The notes: generated from the letters alone by a model not told the origin. DNA of 64,000 nucleotides from a virus (IMGVR_UViG_3300032242_001235:25960-89959), one strand, 5' to 3'. Shown: positions 29,592 to 39,999, counted from the stretch's first letter. Numbers and translations are program-made.

Positions 29592-31178
29592 ATGCCAACA
29601 ATTACTCAATTACCAATCGCAACTACTATTACAGACAATGGTGTATTTGTTATAGTAGATCAAGGACAGGCTCGACAATTATCTTGGCATGCACTAGCTA
29701 ATACCGGATTACAGGGTTCTACTGGAGCACAAGGCATAGCAGGAGCTACTGGTGCAACTGGAATCAAAGGTGCTACAGGAACAATAGGATCTACGGGTGC
29801 TACTGGAGCACCAAGTACAGTGGCTGGGCCAACAGGTGCTACAGGAATTCAAGGTGCTACAGGAATTCAAGGTGCTACAGGACTTACAGGCCCGCGGGGT
29901 GCGGACGGCATCGCATCAAATTCATCTGGAATTAACATATCTACTAACGGAGGCGCCAATTTTATAATAACGGCTACTGCTATTATTTTTGGCGGTGACC
30001 TACAAGTACAAGTAAGTGAAATTAGCAGAACAACTGCTACAATTTATTATACTCAACCAACAGCTTCAACTAGTACATTGGGCGGAGTTAAAATTGGATC
30101 AGGTATTAACATATCAAATGGAACAATAAGTGTAAGTAACACCAGTAGTTCATATGTATTGCCAACAGCTTCAACTAGTACATTGGGCGGAGTTAAAATT
30201 GGATCGGGTATTAACATATCAAATGGAACAATAAGTGTAAGTAACACCAGTAGTTCATATGTATTGCCAACAGCCTCAACTAGCACATTGGGCGGAGTTA
30301 AAGTAGATGGAACTAGTATCACAATTAATGGTGGAGTTATTAGTGCAAGTGGAGGTTTGTCTATATCTAATGGAGTTGATGTATATGACGAAGATATTTT
30401 AGTAGGTACATTTAATGCTCTTAATTTTGTAGGCGGATCAGTAGTTGCAGCAACTCAATCAACAAGCAACGGCGGAATTGCATCAGTTACTATTAGTGGC
30501 GGCACTGGCACTGGATCTTCATATGTATTACCAACAGCTTCAACTAGCACATTAGGTGGAGTTAAAATTGGATCAGGTATCAACATATCAAATGGCGTAA
30601 TTAGTGTTACTAGTAGTTCCAGTAGTTCATATGTATTAACAACAGCCACATATAATACATTAGGTGGAGTTAAAATTGGTTCTACTTCTTTTAAAGCATC
30701 GAGCGACGGCACCATAGATATTGCTAATACATTAACAAATATAGATCTTAGCGGAACAATAACTGTCGGCGCAAGGATGTCTAATGTAGTTCTTAATATT
30801 ACTAGCGCAACTGGATATATTGACTCAACTGGCACTCGAGTAATCCAACATGACAGCAGGTGGGGAACAACATGGTATCATACTGGTCTAACTGCATCCT
30901 TCACCCCTAACTTTACTAATGATTGGTGGGGTGATGGCCGAGCATATACAAGTGATAGATTAACTACATTAACTATAATTATTGCTCAGGGAACAACTCC
31001 TTATAATATATCAAATAATGTCAAAATCAACGCAGTTACCGTTAGTACAAAATGGTTGGGTGGAATTGCTCCTGTAGCAACTGCAAATAAAACAGAGTTT
31101 TATACTTATCAACTATTACGAACAATTAGCACTACCACACCATGGATTGTAACAGGTAAGATGGAAAGTTACGGATAA
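29592..31178 (+). CDS. Collagen-like / tandem-repeat head or tail fibre
   Basis: N-terminal 'ITQLPIAT', Gly-X-Y run (GATGIQGAT), five LPTAS.STLGGVK repeats. Confidence 0.75.
   Translation: MPTITQLPIATTITDNGVFVIVDQGQARQLSWHALANTGLQGSTGAQGIAGATGATGIKGATGTIGSTGATGAPSTVAGPTGATGIQGATGIQGATGLTGPRGADGIASNSSGINISTNGGANFIITATAIIFGGDLQVQVSEISRTTATIYYTQPTASTSTLGGVKIGSGINISNGTISVSNTSSSYVLPTASTSTLGGVKIGSGINISNGTISVSNTSSSYVLPTASTSTLGGVKVDGTSITINGGVISASGGLSISNGVDVYDEDILVGTFNALNFVGGSVVAATQSTSNGGIASVTISGGTGTGSSYVLPTASTSTLGGVKIGSGINISNGVISVTSSSSSSYVLTTATYNTLGGVKIGSTSFKASSDGTIDIANTLTNIDLSGTITVGARMSNVVLNITSATGYIDSTGTRVIQHDSRWGTTWYHTGLTASFTPNFTNDWWGDGRAYTSDRLTTLTIIIAQGTTPYNISNNVKINAVTVSTKWLGGIAPVATANKTEFYTYQLLRTISTTTPWIVTGKMESYG
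30057..30302 (+). repeat. 105-bp intragenic tandem repeat (two near-perfect copies plus a partial third)
   Basis: Units start at 30057, 30162 and 30267; diverged copies near 30520-30600 and 30625-30680. Confidence 0.9.
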
Positions 31179-31183
31179 AAATT

Positions 31184-31627
31184 ATGAGTTTAAAATTCGC
31201 ACAGAGTTTCTATAAAATAAGAAATCCAGAAAAATATATAGGTAGTAAAGATCCCTATTATAGAAGTGGCTGGGAATTTACATTTATGCAATTTTGTGAT
31301 AATAATCCATCAATTGAATCTTGGGCCAGCGAACCTGTAAAGATTCCATACCGTGACCCACTTACTGGCAAGCAAACAGTCTATGTACCTGATTTCCTAA
31401 TCAAATATGTTGACAGGAATCAAAAGAACCATGTAGAAATGATTGAGATCAAACCTGCTAATCAAACACTTGCGGAAAAAGTCGGAAAAAGTACCTACAA
31501 TCAAGCGCAATATGTCAAAAATATGGCCAAGTGGGAAGCTGCTAGTGTATGGTGTAGAAATCAAGGTATAAAGTTTCGTGTGATAAATGAGTCTGATATT
31601 TTTTCCAATACCAGTAGAAAGAAATAA
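31184..31627 (+). CDS. gp4: Head completion nuclease (T4 gp4 / TnsA-like PD-(D/E)xK)
   Basis: 'NPEKYIG', 'YRSGWE..FM.FCD.NP.I..WASE', 'YVPDF', 'IEIKP', 'KWEAA'. Confidence 0.85.
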   Translation: MSLKFAQSFYKIRNPEKYIGSKDPYYRSGWEFTFMQFCDNNPSIESWASEPVKIPYRDPLTGKQTVYVPDFLIKYVDRNQKNHVEMIEIKPANQTLAEKVGKSTYNQAQYVKNMAKWEAASVWCRNQGIKFRVINESDIFSNTSRKK

Positions 31628-31635
31628 GTACAATT

Positions 31636-32127
31636 ATGACAAAGAAATTAGAAGAAGTGTTTGATCTGCCTCCAAGCAAAGAGGAATATATCACACCCCC
31701 GCCTGCTGAAACCGCAGTTACTCCTGAAGTGTTTACACTCGAGGATCGATTAGAGGAATTTGACAAAATCTCCGCCGCATTACCTAGAGTAAAAGGATTG
31801 GGAGATATTAGCGATGCTGAATTTGATTCCCTTGCTGCTAAAGCTGAACAAGCATATGACGATTTGATGGATTTGGGCATGAATGTAGAAGCGCGACATA
31901 GTACTAAAATGTTCGAAGTTGCTGCACAAATGATGAATGCCGCAATTACAGCTAAGACAAACAAGATTGATAAAAAGCTAAAGATGGTTGATCTACAACT
32001 TAAAAAATTAGCAATTGATCGTAAAAATGCCCCTGAAGGCGGAGAGACAAATGCTATTGAAGGGCAGGGATTTATACTCACTGACCGCAATAGCATCCTT
32101 GAAAAACTTAAGAATCTGAATAAATAA
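31636..32127 (+). CDS. Probable terminase small subunit (gp16-like)
   Basis: Helical 163 aa, 'DLMDLGMNVEAR...FEVA..M...A', C-terminal 'DRNSILEKL'; near the large terminase. Confidence 0.6.
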   Translation: MTKKLEEVFDLPPSKEEYITPPPAETAVTPEVFTLEDRLEEFDKISAALPRVKGLGDISDAEFDSLAAKAEQAYDDLMDLGMNVEARHSTKMFEVAAQMMNAAITAKTNKIDKKLKMVDLQLKKLAIDRKNAPEGGETNAIEGQGFILTDRNSILEKLKNLNK

Positions 32128-32133
32128 AACACT

Positions 32134-32736
32134 ATGACTAAGAACTTTAAAGACTATCTATCTGAAAGTGTTGCTGCCAAGAAACGCGATTTCCGTGTTA
32201 AAGTGGCTGGCGAGTTTACTTCTGAACAAGAAGATAAATTAAAATCAATGCTTGAGAGATTTCAAGTTGACACTTTTAAAAAAATAAAAGTTACTCCAGT
32301 ACAATCTTTACCATTGGATTTCCCACAAGTTAGAAACTGTGAAGTTCATATTTTTGAAGTTGTCGTGGATTATCCAACTACTCCACAAGAGTTAACAGAA
32401 TACCTTGCACAAGGGTTAAATGTTAGCAAACAAAATTTAGTGGTCCGTAAACCAAACGAACCATATGAAGAATACCAAGAACCAGTAGAGCCACGCACAG
32501 GTGCTCTATTAGATGATCCTGATTATAAAGAAGCAGGTAGCCCACAATTTGAAGATTATTACGGCGACAAATACAATAGCGGATTTGTTAAAGAACTAAA
32601 CGACATTTTGAAGTTACAACGCAAGGCTCGTGGCGAAGAAATTCCTGCTACACCAGCGGCAACTTTTAATACTGATACTCCATCTAACAATACAAGTCCA
32701 CTACAACCATCGGACTATAACCCCTTAAGGAAATAA
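32134..32736 (+). CDS. Hypothetical late protein, possible internal head protein
   Basis: N-terminus MTKNFKDYLSES; TAAATA at 32121-32126. Confidence 0.55.
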   Translation: MTKNFKDYLSESVAAKKRDFRVKVAGEFTSEQEDKLKSMLERFQVDTFKKIKVTPVQSLPLDFPQVRNCEVHIFEVVVDYPTTPQELTEYLAQGLNVSKQNLVVRKPNEPYEEYQEPVEPRTGALLDDPDYKEAGSPQFEDYYGDKYNSGFVKELNDILKLQRKARGEEIPATPAATFNTDTPSNNTSPLQPSDYNPLRK

Positions 32737-32738
32737 TT

Positions 32739-33317
32739 ATGCAAATGATTAACATGTTAAAGCGTTTGGCCGAACTCGACGCTGCTAAATCCAGTTTTAT
32801 TACTGAAAGCGAATCGGTAGCTGAATGCGGACCAATGGGAATGATGGACGGTATGGCTTCTGCCCCAAGTACTCCTGCAAGCATTAACATGTCAGCTGGT
32901 AGCGGTGACGAACTTGCTAACATGCTTGCCACTATTATGCAATTGGCAGGTGTAAAACAAGTTGGTGCTGATGACCTAGGTGTTGTGCAAGAACCATCGA
33001 TTATGACTGCTGTTCCATCCTTGGGCGGCGAGCATCAACCATCGGCTGGCGAAGATATGCGTGCCGTTTTAGATAAAATGAATGATGCTGGCGGCGAAGA
33101 AGATGGCGAAGAAGACGACGAGGAAGAAACAGATGAGGGCGAGTATGATAACAGCCCTGCAGATGCTGAACCTACAGAACCGTTTAACGCAAACCAATTT
33201 GCTAATCAAGAAAACCAACCAGGTGTTGGCAATAGAATGGACGGCAATATGCCAAAAGGTAGAGCTACAATGGAAGAAACATTGATGGCTGCTTACAAAC
33301 AGTTTGTTAACGAGTAA
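32739..33317 (+). CDS. Acidic hypothetical protein, possible head core/internal protein
   Basis: Very acidic, low-complexity (GEEDGEEDDEEETDE); AAGGA RBS. Confidence 0.55.
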   Translation: MQMINMLKRLAELDAAKSSFITESESVAECGPMGMMDGMASAPSTPASINMSAGSGDELANMLATIMQLAGVKQVGADDLGVVQEPSIMTAVPSLGGEHQPSAGEDMRAVLDKMNDAGGEEDGEEDDEEETDEGEYDNSPADAEPTEPFNANQFANQENQPGVGNRMDGNMPKGRATMEETLMAAYKQFVNE

Positions 33318-33335
33318 TAATAACTGACTAATATC

Positions 33336-33363
33336 AAATAGCCTCTTCAGAGGCTATTTTTTT
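33336..33363 (+). terminator. Rho-independent terminator
   Basis: AAATAGCCTC-TTCA-GAGGCTATTT followed by a T run. Confidence 0.85.
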
Positions 33364-33377
33364 CAGTAAATAATAAT

Positions 33378-34964
33378 ATGGCAAAAAGTTTAGACGGCAA
33401 TTTAGTAAAAAAGGCACACGCTACTCAACGGTGGAGTGACGATGACCTTCAACATATGGCCGCTTGCATGGACATGATTGATGGACCAAAGTATTTCTTA
33501 GATAATTTCTTTTTTATTCAACATCCTACTAAAGGTAAGATACAATATAAAGCGTTTGACTATCAAGAAAGATTATTAGACAGCTATCACGGACATCGAT
33601 TTAGTGTAAACATGTTAGGTCGTCAGATGGGTAAGACTACCACTGCTGTAGGATACTTGCTATGGTATGGCATGTTCGTGCCTAATAGTACTATCTTAAT
33701 ATCTGCTCACAAGTTTACTGGTGCCCAAGAAATTATGCAACGCTTGCGATATGCATACGAAACTTGCCCTGATTTTATTCGTGCAGGTGTTACAAGTTAC
33801 AATAAACAAAGTATTGAATTTGATAACGGTAGTCGTATTGTTGCACAAACAACAACTGAAACAACAGGTCGTGGTATGTCTGTATCTTTATTATACTGCG
33901 ACGAGTTTGCCTATGTTGAACCAAACATTGCTGTAGAGTTTTGGACATCCATTTCGCCTACACTAGCAACTGGTGGTAAAGCAATTATTACTTCTACACC
34001 AAACAGTGACGAAGATCAATTTGCGCAAATTTGGAATGAAGCCAACAAGAGATTTGACGAATCTGGCAATTCAACTGAATTGGGTAAAAACGGATTTTTC
34101 CCATGTATTGCTATTTGGAGTGAACATCCTGACCGTGATGAAAAATGGAAAAGCGAAGAAGTATCTCGAGTAGGATACGAAAGATTCCAACGAGAACACG
34201 AGTGTGAATTCTTGATCTTTGACGAGACATTAATTAATAGCATTTGTTTGTCTGGAATGTCAGGGATAGAACCTCTTATGAAAATGGGTGAAGCCCGTTG
34301 GTATAAAAAGATTAAACCACAAAATACATATATTGCAAGTTTGGACCCTAGTTTAGGCACTGGGGGAGACTTTGCTGCTATTGAAATTTTAGAATTACCT
34401 AGTATGGATCAAGTGTGTGAATGGCGAAGTAATATGACTCCTATTCAAAGTCAAGTTAGGATCTTACGGGACTTATTAAATCACATTGAAGAAAAATGTC
34501 AAAAAACTGGAATTAAATCCAGCATTTACTACACTGTAGAAAATAACACACTAGGTGAAAGTGCCCTAATGGCTATTGAAGCATTGGGTGAAGAATCATT
34601 CCCTGGATTGTTTTTGAGTGAACCAGTTAAACGCGGGCATGTGCGTAGATTTCGTCGTGGATTTAATACAACACACGGCTCTAAAATTGCATCGTGTGCC
34701 AAGTTCAAACAGTTATTGGAAACTAGTAAATTGAATGTTTTTAGTAAAATATTAATTAGTGAACTAAAAACATTCGTGGCCAGCGGCACAACATTTAAAG
34801 CTAAAGGCGGGCAACATGATGATTTGGTTAGCGCAATGTTGCTGTGTGTTCGTATGATTTTAACTTTACAAGAGTGGGATCCGTTAATTTATGACAAAAT
34901 GCGAGATCAGGACGGGTTAGCAGAGTACGATTTGCCCATGCCAATCTATATCAGTCAATATTGA
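33378..34964 (+). CDS. gp17: Terminase large subunit
   Basis: Walker A GRQMGKTT, Walker B LLYCDEFA, 'ITSTPN', nuclease 'DPSLG' and 'HDDLV'; TAAATA (33367-33372) 5 nt upstream. Confidence 0.95.
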   Translation: MAKSLDGNLVKKAHATQRWSDDDLQHMAACMDMIDGPKYFLDNFFFIQHPTKGKIQYKAFDYQERLLDSYHGHRFSVNMLGRQMGKTTTAVGYLLWYGMFVPNSTILISAHKFTGAQEIMQRLRYAYETCPDFIRAGVTSYNKQSIEFDNGSRIVAQTTTETTGRGMSVSLLYCDEFAYVEPNIAVEFWTSISPTLATGGKAIITSTPNSDEDQFAQIWNEANKRFDESGNSTELGKNGFFPCIAIWSEHPDRDEKWKSEEVSRVGYERFQREHECEFLIFDETLINSICLSGMSGIEPLMKMGEARWYKKIKPQNTYIASLDPSLGTGGDFAAIEILELPSMDQVCEWRSNMTPIQSQVRILRDLLNHIEEKCQKTGIKSSIYYTVENNTLGESALMAIEALGEESFPGLFLSEPVKRGHVRRFRRGFNTTHGSKIASCAKFKQLLETSKLNVFSKILISELKTFVASGTTFKAKGGQHDDLVSAMLLCVRMILTLQEWDPLIYDKMRDQDGLAEYDLPMPIYISQY

Positions 34965-34977
34965 GCTAAATATTATA

Positions 34978-37068
34978 ATGAAAGCTATATCCATAATCAG
35001 TCAGGATCTATTTGACAAGGTCCGCAGCCGTTTTAGTAACCTAGAGATGGGTGATGAAACAGGCGCAGTTACCATTGATCCTTTAGAAGCAAGATTTTTT
35101 GATTTTGACTTTGTTCACGAATCTCAAAATTTGGGAAGAGTCAGCATCAGTTTAAATGATCTGGGCAGTTTAAAAGTATATTACAGTCAAGGTATTACAG
35201 AAAATCAAGATGACCCAGTTAAGCATGAGTGGTTTCGTTTTTTAAAAGAAATGCGATTCTTTGCCATGAGAAGATTGTTGAGATTTGATACACGCGATAT
35301 TGCTAAAACAAATTTAGATAAAAAAGATTTTCAACACCTGGCCACTACACAAGGCCCAAAGGAAGAACCCGAAATGAATACAATGAACGAATCCCGTTGG
35401 AACGAAAAGAGCAGCAAAAAAACTAGCCGCGCAATTCAAGGTAAGACAGAAGTTATTGTTCGTCATGCTAGACCAGTAGATGAAGAATACGCAGGTTCAA
35501 GAAGCCAACGCAAAAATATTAAGGCAATTTTTATTCAAAACGCAGACGGTGAACGCTTCAAATATCCATTTGTACATCCAGCAGGTGCGTTTGCAATGGC
35601 ACAACATGTGGACCACGGTGGTATTCCACACGATCCAGCAGGCAAAGCAATTATTAGAATGAGCGAGGAAATCGCCAAGTTACAAGAATTCCAGAGAAAA
35701 ATTAACAAAGCTACTTTGCACGATGACGCAACAGGTATTACAGAACGCGCCATAGGCCGTCTACAAGAACTAAAAGCAACAGTAGATTCTTTAGGTAAAA
35801 GACACCACTACGAAAATTGGATGGCAGGTTTCCAAGAAGATCCTATGATGGATGACGGTCTAGAAATGGACGAAGTTACCATGGAAGAATACAAACAAAA
35901 ATTTACACAGACCAGTTTCCAAGAAGAATTGAGCGCTTACTTCCCATTGCTACACCGCATCATGGGCGAAGCAAATAAAATTGATCTTGAGTCATATGTT
36001 GAGGAGAATGTGTCTGAAGTATTTGATATTGGTATGGGAAAAGCTAGTCATGGCCGCACAGGTCCAGAAAATGAGTTTGAAGACTGGGCCAACGCCACTG
36101 AACAGAACAAACTAACTGACGACCAGGTAGCAGAATTGAAATCTGCATTGGGCGACTATGCAACTGGTAATGCAGACTTACAATTAGGTCCAGATGGACA
36201 AACAGCCGCAGAATTCTTCAGTCACTTTGGTCTTGACGATAATGATTTGAAAGACAAATTGGCCTCTGCTGCTGATTTAGATCCAGAATCTGATCCAATT
36301 GAAGCATTGAAATCATGGGCAAAAGAAAGTTATCCTGAACTACTAGTAGCATTGGGATTGAGTGACACTAATGCTCCTGCAGAGCCTGCTCCAGAACAAC
36401 CAGTAGCAGAATCTGTGGAAGATAGAACAAGTTATCAAGTTGCTAAAATATTAGCAGACAAGGGTATTGAGTATGATCCAGAAAGCGAAGGCGAATTAGT
36501 CAAAGCAATCGGCATGGTACTTGTTAAAGAATTAAACATGAGTCCAGCACAGGCAAGATCTATAATCAACAGTGAAGACTTCCTAAGTGATACTATGGGA
36601 GAACTAAGATACATGGGTCAACAAGGAATGGAAGAAAACGAAGAAGCTGGTGGCATGCCTAACACATCTATGCCAACTCGTGAAGCAATTGTTAAAGAAG
36701 TTGCCAAACTAGTTAAGAGTCGTTTCAATGGTGACAATCCAGAAGTAGGCCCATTCAATGGCGTTCCAAACATTGCTCTAGATGTTAAGAAAAAATGCGC
36801 AGAAATGTTTGGTGAAGAAGTTGGTGACCAAGCCGAAGGTTTAGCATTACAGTTTATGGAAAAGCTAAGTCAAAAATGGGAAGCTGAACATGGTCAAATC
36901 GGTGATGACGGCCTTGCTCGTTTGAAAGAACTATTAGGAAATGTTAAATCCAAAGTAGAAGGTATCGGCGATGTTACCCAAAATGGTCATGCTCCAGGCA
37001 ACAACATCATGTCATCAGAGGAAACAGCTTTTGAATCGTTGATGAGAATGATTAACTTCAAAAAATAA
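34978..37068 (+). CDS. Large acidic hypothetical late protein (696 aa)
   Basis: Long ORF; TAAATA (34967-34972) 5 nt upstream; acidic C-terminal half. Confidence 0.6.
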   Translation: MKAISIISQDLFDKVRSRFSNLEMGDETGAVTIDPLEARFFDFDFVHESQNLGRVSISLNDLGSLKVYYSQGITENQDDPVKHEWFRFLKEMRFFAMRRLLRFDTRDIAKTNLDKKDFQHLATTQGPKEEPEMNTMNESRWNEKSSKKTSRAIQGKTEVIVRHARPVDEEYAGSRSQRKNIKAIFIQNADGERFKYPFVHPAGAFAMAQHVDHGGIPHDPAGKAIIRMSEEIAKLQEFQRKINKATLHDDATGITERAIGRLQELKATVDSLGKRHHYENWMAGFQEDPMMDDGLEMDEVTMEEYKQKFTQTSFQEELSAYFPLLHRIMGEANKIDLESYVEENVSEVFDIGMGKASHGRTGPENEFEDWANATEQNKLTDDQVAELKSALGDYATGNADLQLGPDGQTAAEFFSHFGLDDNDLKDKLASAADLDPESDPIEALKSWAKESYPELLVALGLSDTNAPAEPAPEQPVAESVEDRTSYQVAKILADKGIEYDPESEGELVKAIGMVLVKELNMSPAQARSIINSEDFLSDTMGELRYMGQQGMEENEEAGGMPNTSMPTREAIVKEVAKLVKSRFNGDNPEVGPFNGVPNIALDVKKKCAEMFGEEVGDQAEGLALQFMEKLSQKWEAEHGQIGDDGLARLKELLGNVKSKVEGIGDVTQNGHAPGNNIMSSEETAFESLMRMINFKK

Positions 37069-37118
37069 TTGGTAAAAAAATACCAATTTTAACAACCGTA
37101 TAGGTTGCGAAGATAAAT

Positions 37119-37150
37119 AAAAGTACATATACTAGTTGTATGTACTTTTT
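37119..37150 (+). promoter_or_regulatory. Stem-loop in the ssb leader, directly after TAAATA (37114-37119)
   Basis: AAAAGTACATA (37119-37129) pairs perfectly with TATGTACTTTT (37139-37149). Confidence 0.55.
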
Positions 37151-37214
37151 CTTTTGTAGGCAGTGTTTTACAGAAGAATGGCATAACATTTAACATTATT
37201 AAGGAAAAATCATT

Positions 37215-38210
37215 ATGGCAACTTTAGCAGAAATCCGCGCGAAGCTTCAAGCTTCTTCACAACAAAACAGCAATAGCCAAGGCGGTGGCGACAATGCAAT
37301 CTATGCGCATTGGAATATTGCAGAAGGTCAAACAGCAACAGTTCGTTTCCTTCCTGACGCTGATCCCAACAACACTTTTTTCTGGATTGAACGAGCAATG
37401 ATCAAATTGCCTTTCGCCGGTGTCAAAGGTGATACAAATTCTAAACCAGTTACTGTACAAGTCCCTTGTATGGAAATGTGGGGTGAACAATGCCCAGTAT
37501 TGACAGAAGTTCGTCCATGGTTTAAAGATAAAAACTTGGAAGAAATGGGTCGTAAGTACTGGAAGAAGAAATCTTACTTGTTCCAAGGTATTGTAGTTGA
37601 TAGCAAACTACAAGAAGACAAGGTTCCTGAGAATCCAATTCGCCGCTTTATCATGAGCAGCCAAATTTTTAACATTGTTAAGAATGCTTTGATGGACAGT
37701 GAGATTGAAGAATTGCCAACAGACTATGTTCGTGGCTTGGATTTCAAGATTGCTAAAACTAGCAAAGGTGGCTATGCTGATTACACAACTTCTAACTGGA
37801 GTCGTCGTGAACGAGCATTGAGCGAAGCTGAAAATGCAGCTATTCAGCAATATGGTTTGTTTGATTTGAAATCATTCTTGCCTAAGAAGCCAACTGATGT
37901 TGAACTCAAAGTTATCAAAGAAATGTTTGAAGCATCTGTTGATGGTGAAGCATTTGACATGGATCGTTGGGGTCAATATTACAAGCCAGATGGTATGCGT
38001 GGTAACTACAACGCCGGTGGTAACACTGCTCCAGCAGCAGCTCCAGTAGCTCGTCAAGCAGCACCAGCTCCAATGGTGGATGATGCAGATGACACTCCTC
38101 CATTTGAGGCAGAACCAGCACCAGTAGCTACACGCCCTGCACCAGCAGGCGAAGCAGGTAGTCGTGCCGCAGACATCATTGCGATGATCCGTAACCGCCA
38201 ACAATCTTAA
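37215..38210 (+). CDS. gp32: Single-stranded DNA-binding protein (T4 gp32-like)
   Basis: 'VRFLPD', 'CME...CPV', 'GLDFKIAK..KGGYADY..S.W', acidic/Pro-Ala tail; precedes uvsX. Confidence 0.85.
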   Translation: MATLAEIRAKLQASSQQNSNSQGGGDNAIYAHWNIAEGQTATVRFLPDADPNNTFFWIERAMIKLPFAGVKGDTNSKPVTVQVPCMEMWGEQCPVLTEVRPWFKDKNLEEMGRKYWKKKSYLFQGIVVDSKLQEDKVPENPIRRFIMSSQIFNIVKNALMDSEIEELPTDYVRGLDFKIAKTSKGGYADYTTSNWSRRERALSEAENAAIQQYGLFDLKSFLPKKPTDVELKVIKEMFEASVDGEAFDMDRWGQYYKPDGMRGNYNAGGNTAPAAAPVARQAAPAPMVDDADDTPPFEAEPAPVATRPAPAGEAGSRAADIIAMIRNRQQS

Positions 38211-38224
38211 TTAGGAGATAGATT

Positions 38225-39286
38225 ATGACGAAGAGTTTCGATATTTCGAAATTCCGCAAATCTATCACTAAAAGTATTGATGGATTAGGAATTGGATTTA
38301 ATGACCCTACAGATTGGGTCAGTACAGGTAACTATGCCCTAAACTATCTTATCTCGGGGGACTTCTTCAAAGGAGTTCCTTTGGGTAAAGTAACTGTGTT
38401 TGCTGGTGAATCTGGTGCAGGTAAAAGTTATATCTGCTCTGGAAATATTATCAAGGCAGCACAGGAACAAGGCATTTATGTTATCCTAGTTGACAGCGAA
38501 AACGCTCTTGACGAGAAATGGTTGATTGATCTTGGCGTTGATACAAGTGATGAAAAGTTGTTGAAACTTAACATGGCTATGATTGACGATGTAGCAAAAA
38601 CTATTTCGGAGTTTATGAAAGAATACAAATTGATGCCAGAGGAAAGTCGTCCTAAGGTGTTGTTTGTAGTTGACTCATTGGGCATGTTGTTGACTCCTAC
38701 TGATGTAAATCAGTTTGAAGCAGGTGAGATGAAAGGTGACATGGGTCGTAAACCTAAGGCACTTACCAGTCTTGTTCGTAACTGTGTAAATATGTTCGGC
38801 TCATGGAATGTTGGATTGGTTTGTACTAATCACACATATGCTAGTCAAGATATGTTTGACCCAGATGACAAAATTAGTGGCGGACAAGGTTTTATTTACG
38901 CAAGCTCTATTGTAGTTGCAATGCGTAAGTTGAAATTGAAAACTGACTCTGATGGTAATAAAACATCAACAGTTAACGGTATTCGTTCAGCTTGTAAAAT
39001 TATGAAAACTCGTTATGCAAAGCCATTTGAATCTGTTCAAGTTGAAATTCCATACACAACAGGAATGAGTCCTCACAGTGGATTGGTTGATTTATTTGAA
39101 GCCAAAGGTGTGTTGAAGAAAGAAGGCAATAGTCTTGTTTACACAACCAAGGATGGCGAAATTATCAAACAATTCCGTAAGGCTTGGGAAAAGAATGAGA
39201 AAGACGGATTGACAGTTATTATGTCAGAATGGGATTCGTCAGAAACTAGTATTGTTACAACTTTAGAAGATACAGAGGAAGCGTAA
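38225..39286 (+). CDS. uvsX: RecA-like recombinase
   Basis: 'STGNYALN', Walker A GESGAGKS, 'DSENA', 'VVDSLGML', 'NHTY', 'SGG'. Confidence 0.92.
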   Translation: MTKSFDISKFRKSITKSIDGLGIGFNDPTDWVSTGNYALNYLISGDFFKGVPLGKVTVFAGESGAGKSYICSGNIIKAAQEQGIYVILVDSENALDEKWLIDLGVDTSDEKLLKLNMAMIDDVAKTISEFMKEYKLMPEESRPKVLFVVDSLGMLLTPTDVNQFEAGEMKGDMGRKPKALTSLVRNCVNMFGSWNVGLVCTNHTYASQDMFDPDDKISGGQGFIYASSIVVAMRKLKLKTDSDGNKTSTVNGIRSACKIMKTRYAKPFESVQVEIPYTTGMSPHSGLVDLFEAKGVLKKEGNSLVYTTKDGEIIKQFRKAWEKNEKDGLTVIMSEWDSSETSIVTTLEDTEEA

Positions 39287-39531
39287 TGGAAGAAGATCTA
39301 ATTATTGAAATTTGGGATGTGTTTAAAGAATACATCGCTGACAAAAATAAGGATACAGCAGCAAATCATTTTGTTGATTTCCTTCTTGGAAAAGATGTAG
39401 AAACTTCTGTGCTTAAGGCACTTGTTGGATATGATTCCGCTCTTGACGATGCTATTGAATTAGTAACGAACGAAGATGATGAAGAATCAGACAGCGATGA
39501 AGATTGGGACTACTACGAAGACGAGGAGTGA
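39286..39531 (+). CDS. Small acidic hypothetical protein
   Basis: 81 aa, TAATG coupling to uvsX, GAGG RBS. Confidence 0.6.
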   Translation: MEEDLIIEIWDVFKEYIADKNKDTAANHFVDFLLGKDVETSVLKALVGYDSALDDAIELVTNEDDEESDSDEDWDYYEDEE

Positions 39532-39534
39532 TCC

Positions 39535-39990
39535 ATGTCTTGGTATGCTCAAGTCTCTAAGGACATAGCACATTTACCAAACTGTTTAGATTACTTCTAC
39601 TTAGAAGCAGATAAAGCACGACTTGAAGTCAAGATCCACGGCAGCGTGGAAAAGGCTTCAGCGTCTTTACCTGGCATTGTAGAACAACGATTTAATCAGT
39701 TGCAGGAAATAGAAGCTATCCTCGAATATCTCAATATCGAACTGCGACGAATTCGATCAAAGACTTTTAGAAAATATTTAGAAAATTATCAACGAGCACT
39801 TAGCTCTAGAGATGTTGAAAAATATGTTGAAGGCGAAGCTGATGTAGTTGACATGGAAAAAGTCATTAATGAATTTGCTATGTTACGAAATCAATGGCTT
39901 GGCATCATTAAGGGTTTGGATATTAAACAATGGCAATTGAGTAATATTATCAAATTAAGAGCGGCAGGGCTTGAAGATATTTCATTATGA
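39535..39990 (+). CDS. uvsY: Recombination mediator (UvsY-like)
   Basis: 151-aa helical protein, 'DVEKYVEGEAD', 'K.W.L.NII.LR'; between uvsX and uvsW. Confidence 0.7.
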   Translation: MSWYAQVSKDIAHLPNCLDYFYLEADKARLEVKIHGSVEKASASLPGIVEQRFNQLQEIEAILEYLNIELRRIRSKTFRKYLENYQRALSSRDVEKYVEGEADVVDMEKVINEFAMLRNQWLGIIKGLDIKQWQLSNIIKLRAAGLEDISL

Positions 39991-39999
39991 TTGTATAAT
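39971..39999 (+). promoter_or_regulatory. Sigma70-type promoter
   Basis: TTGAAG, 17 bp, TATAAT (39994-39999); ATG 6 nt downstream. Confidence 0.65.

Noticed and set aside
30057-30680. Possible CRISPR-like repeat array
   Set aside because: Repeats are in-frame 105-bp coding units without unique spacers; no cas genes.
37069-37214. tRNA or other known ncRNA in intergenic gaps
   Set aside because: No cloverleaf or T-loop GTTCRA signature was seen here, and the other gaps are too short or are filled by promoter and terminator motifs.
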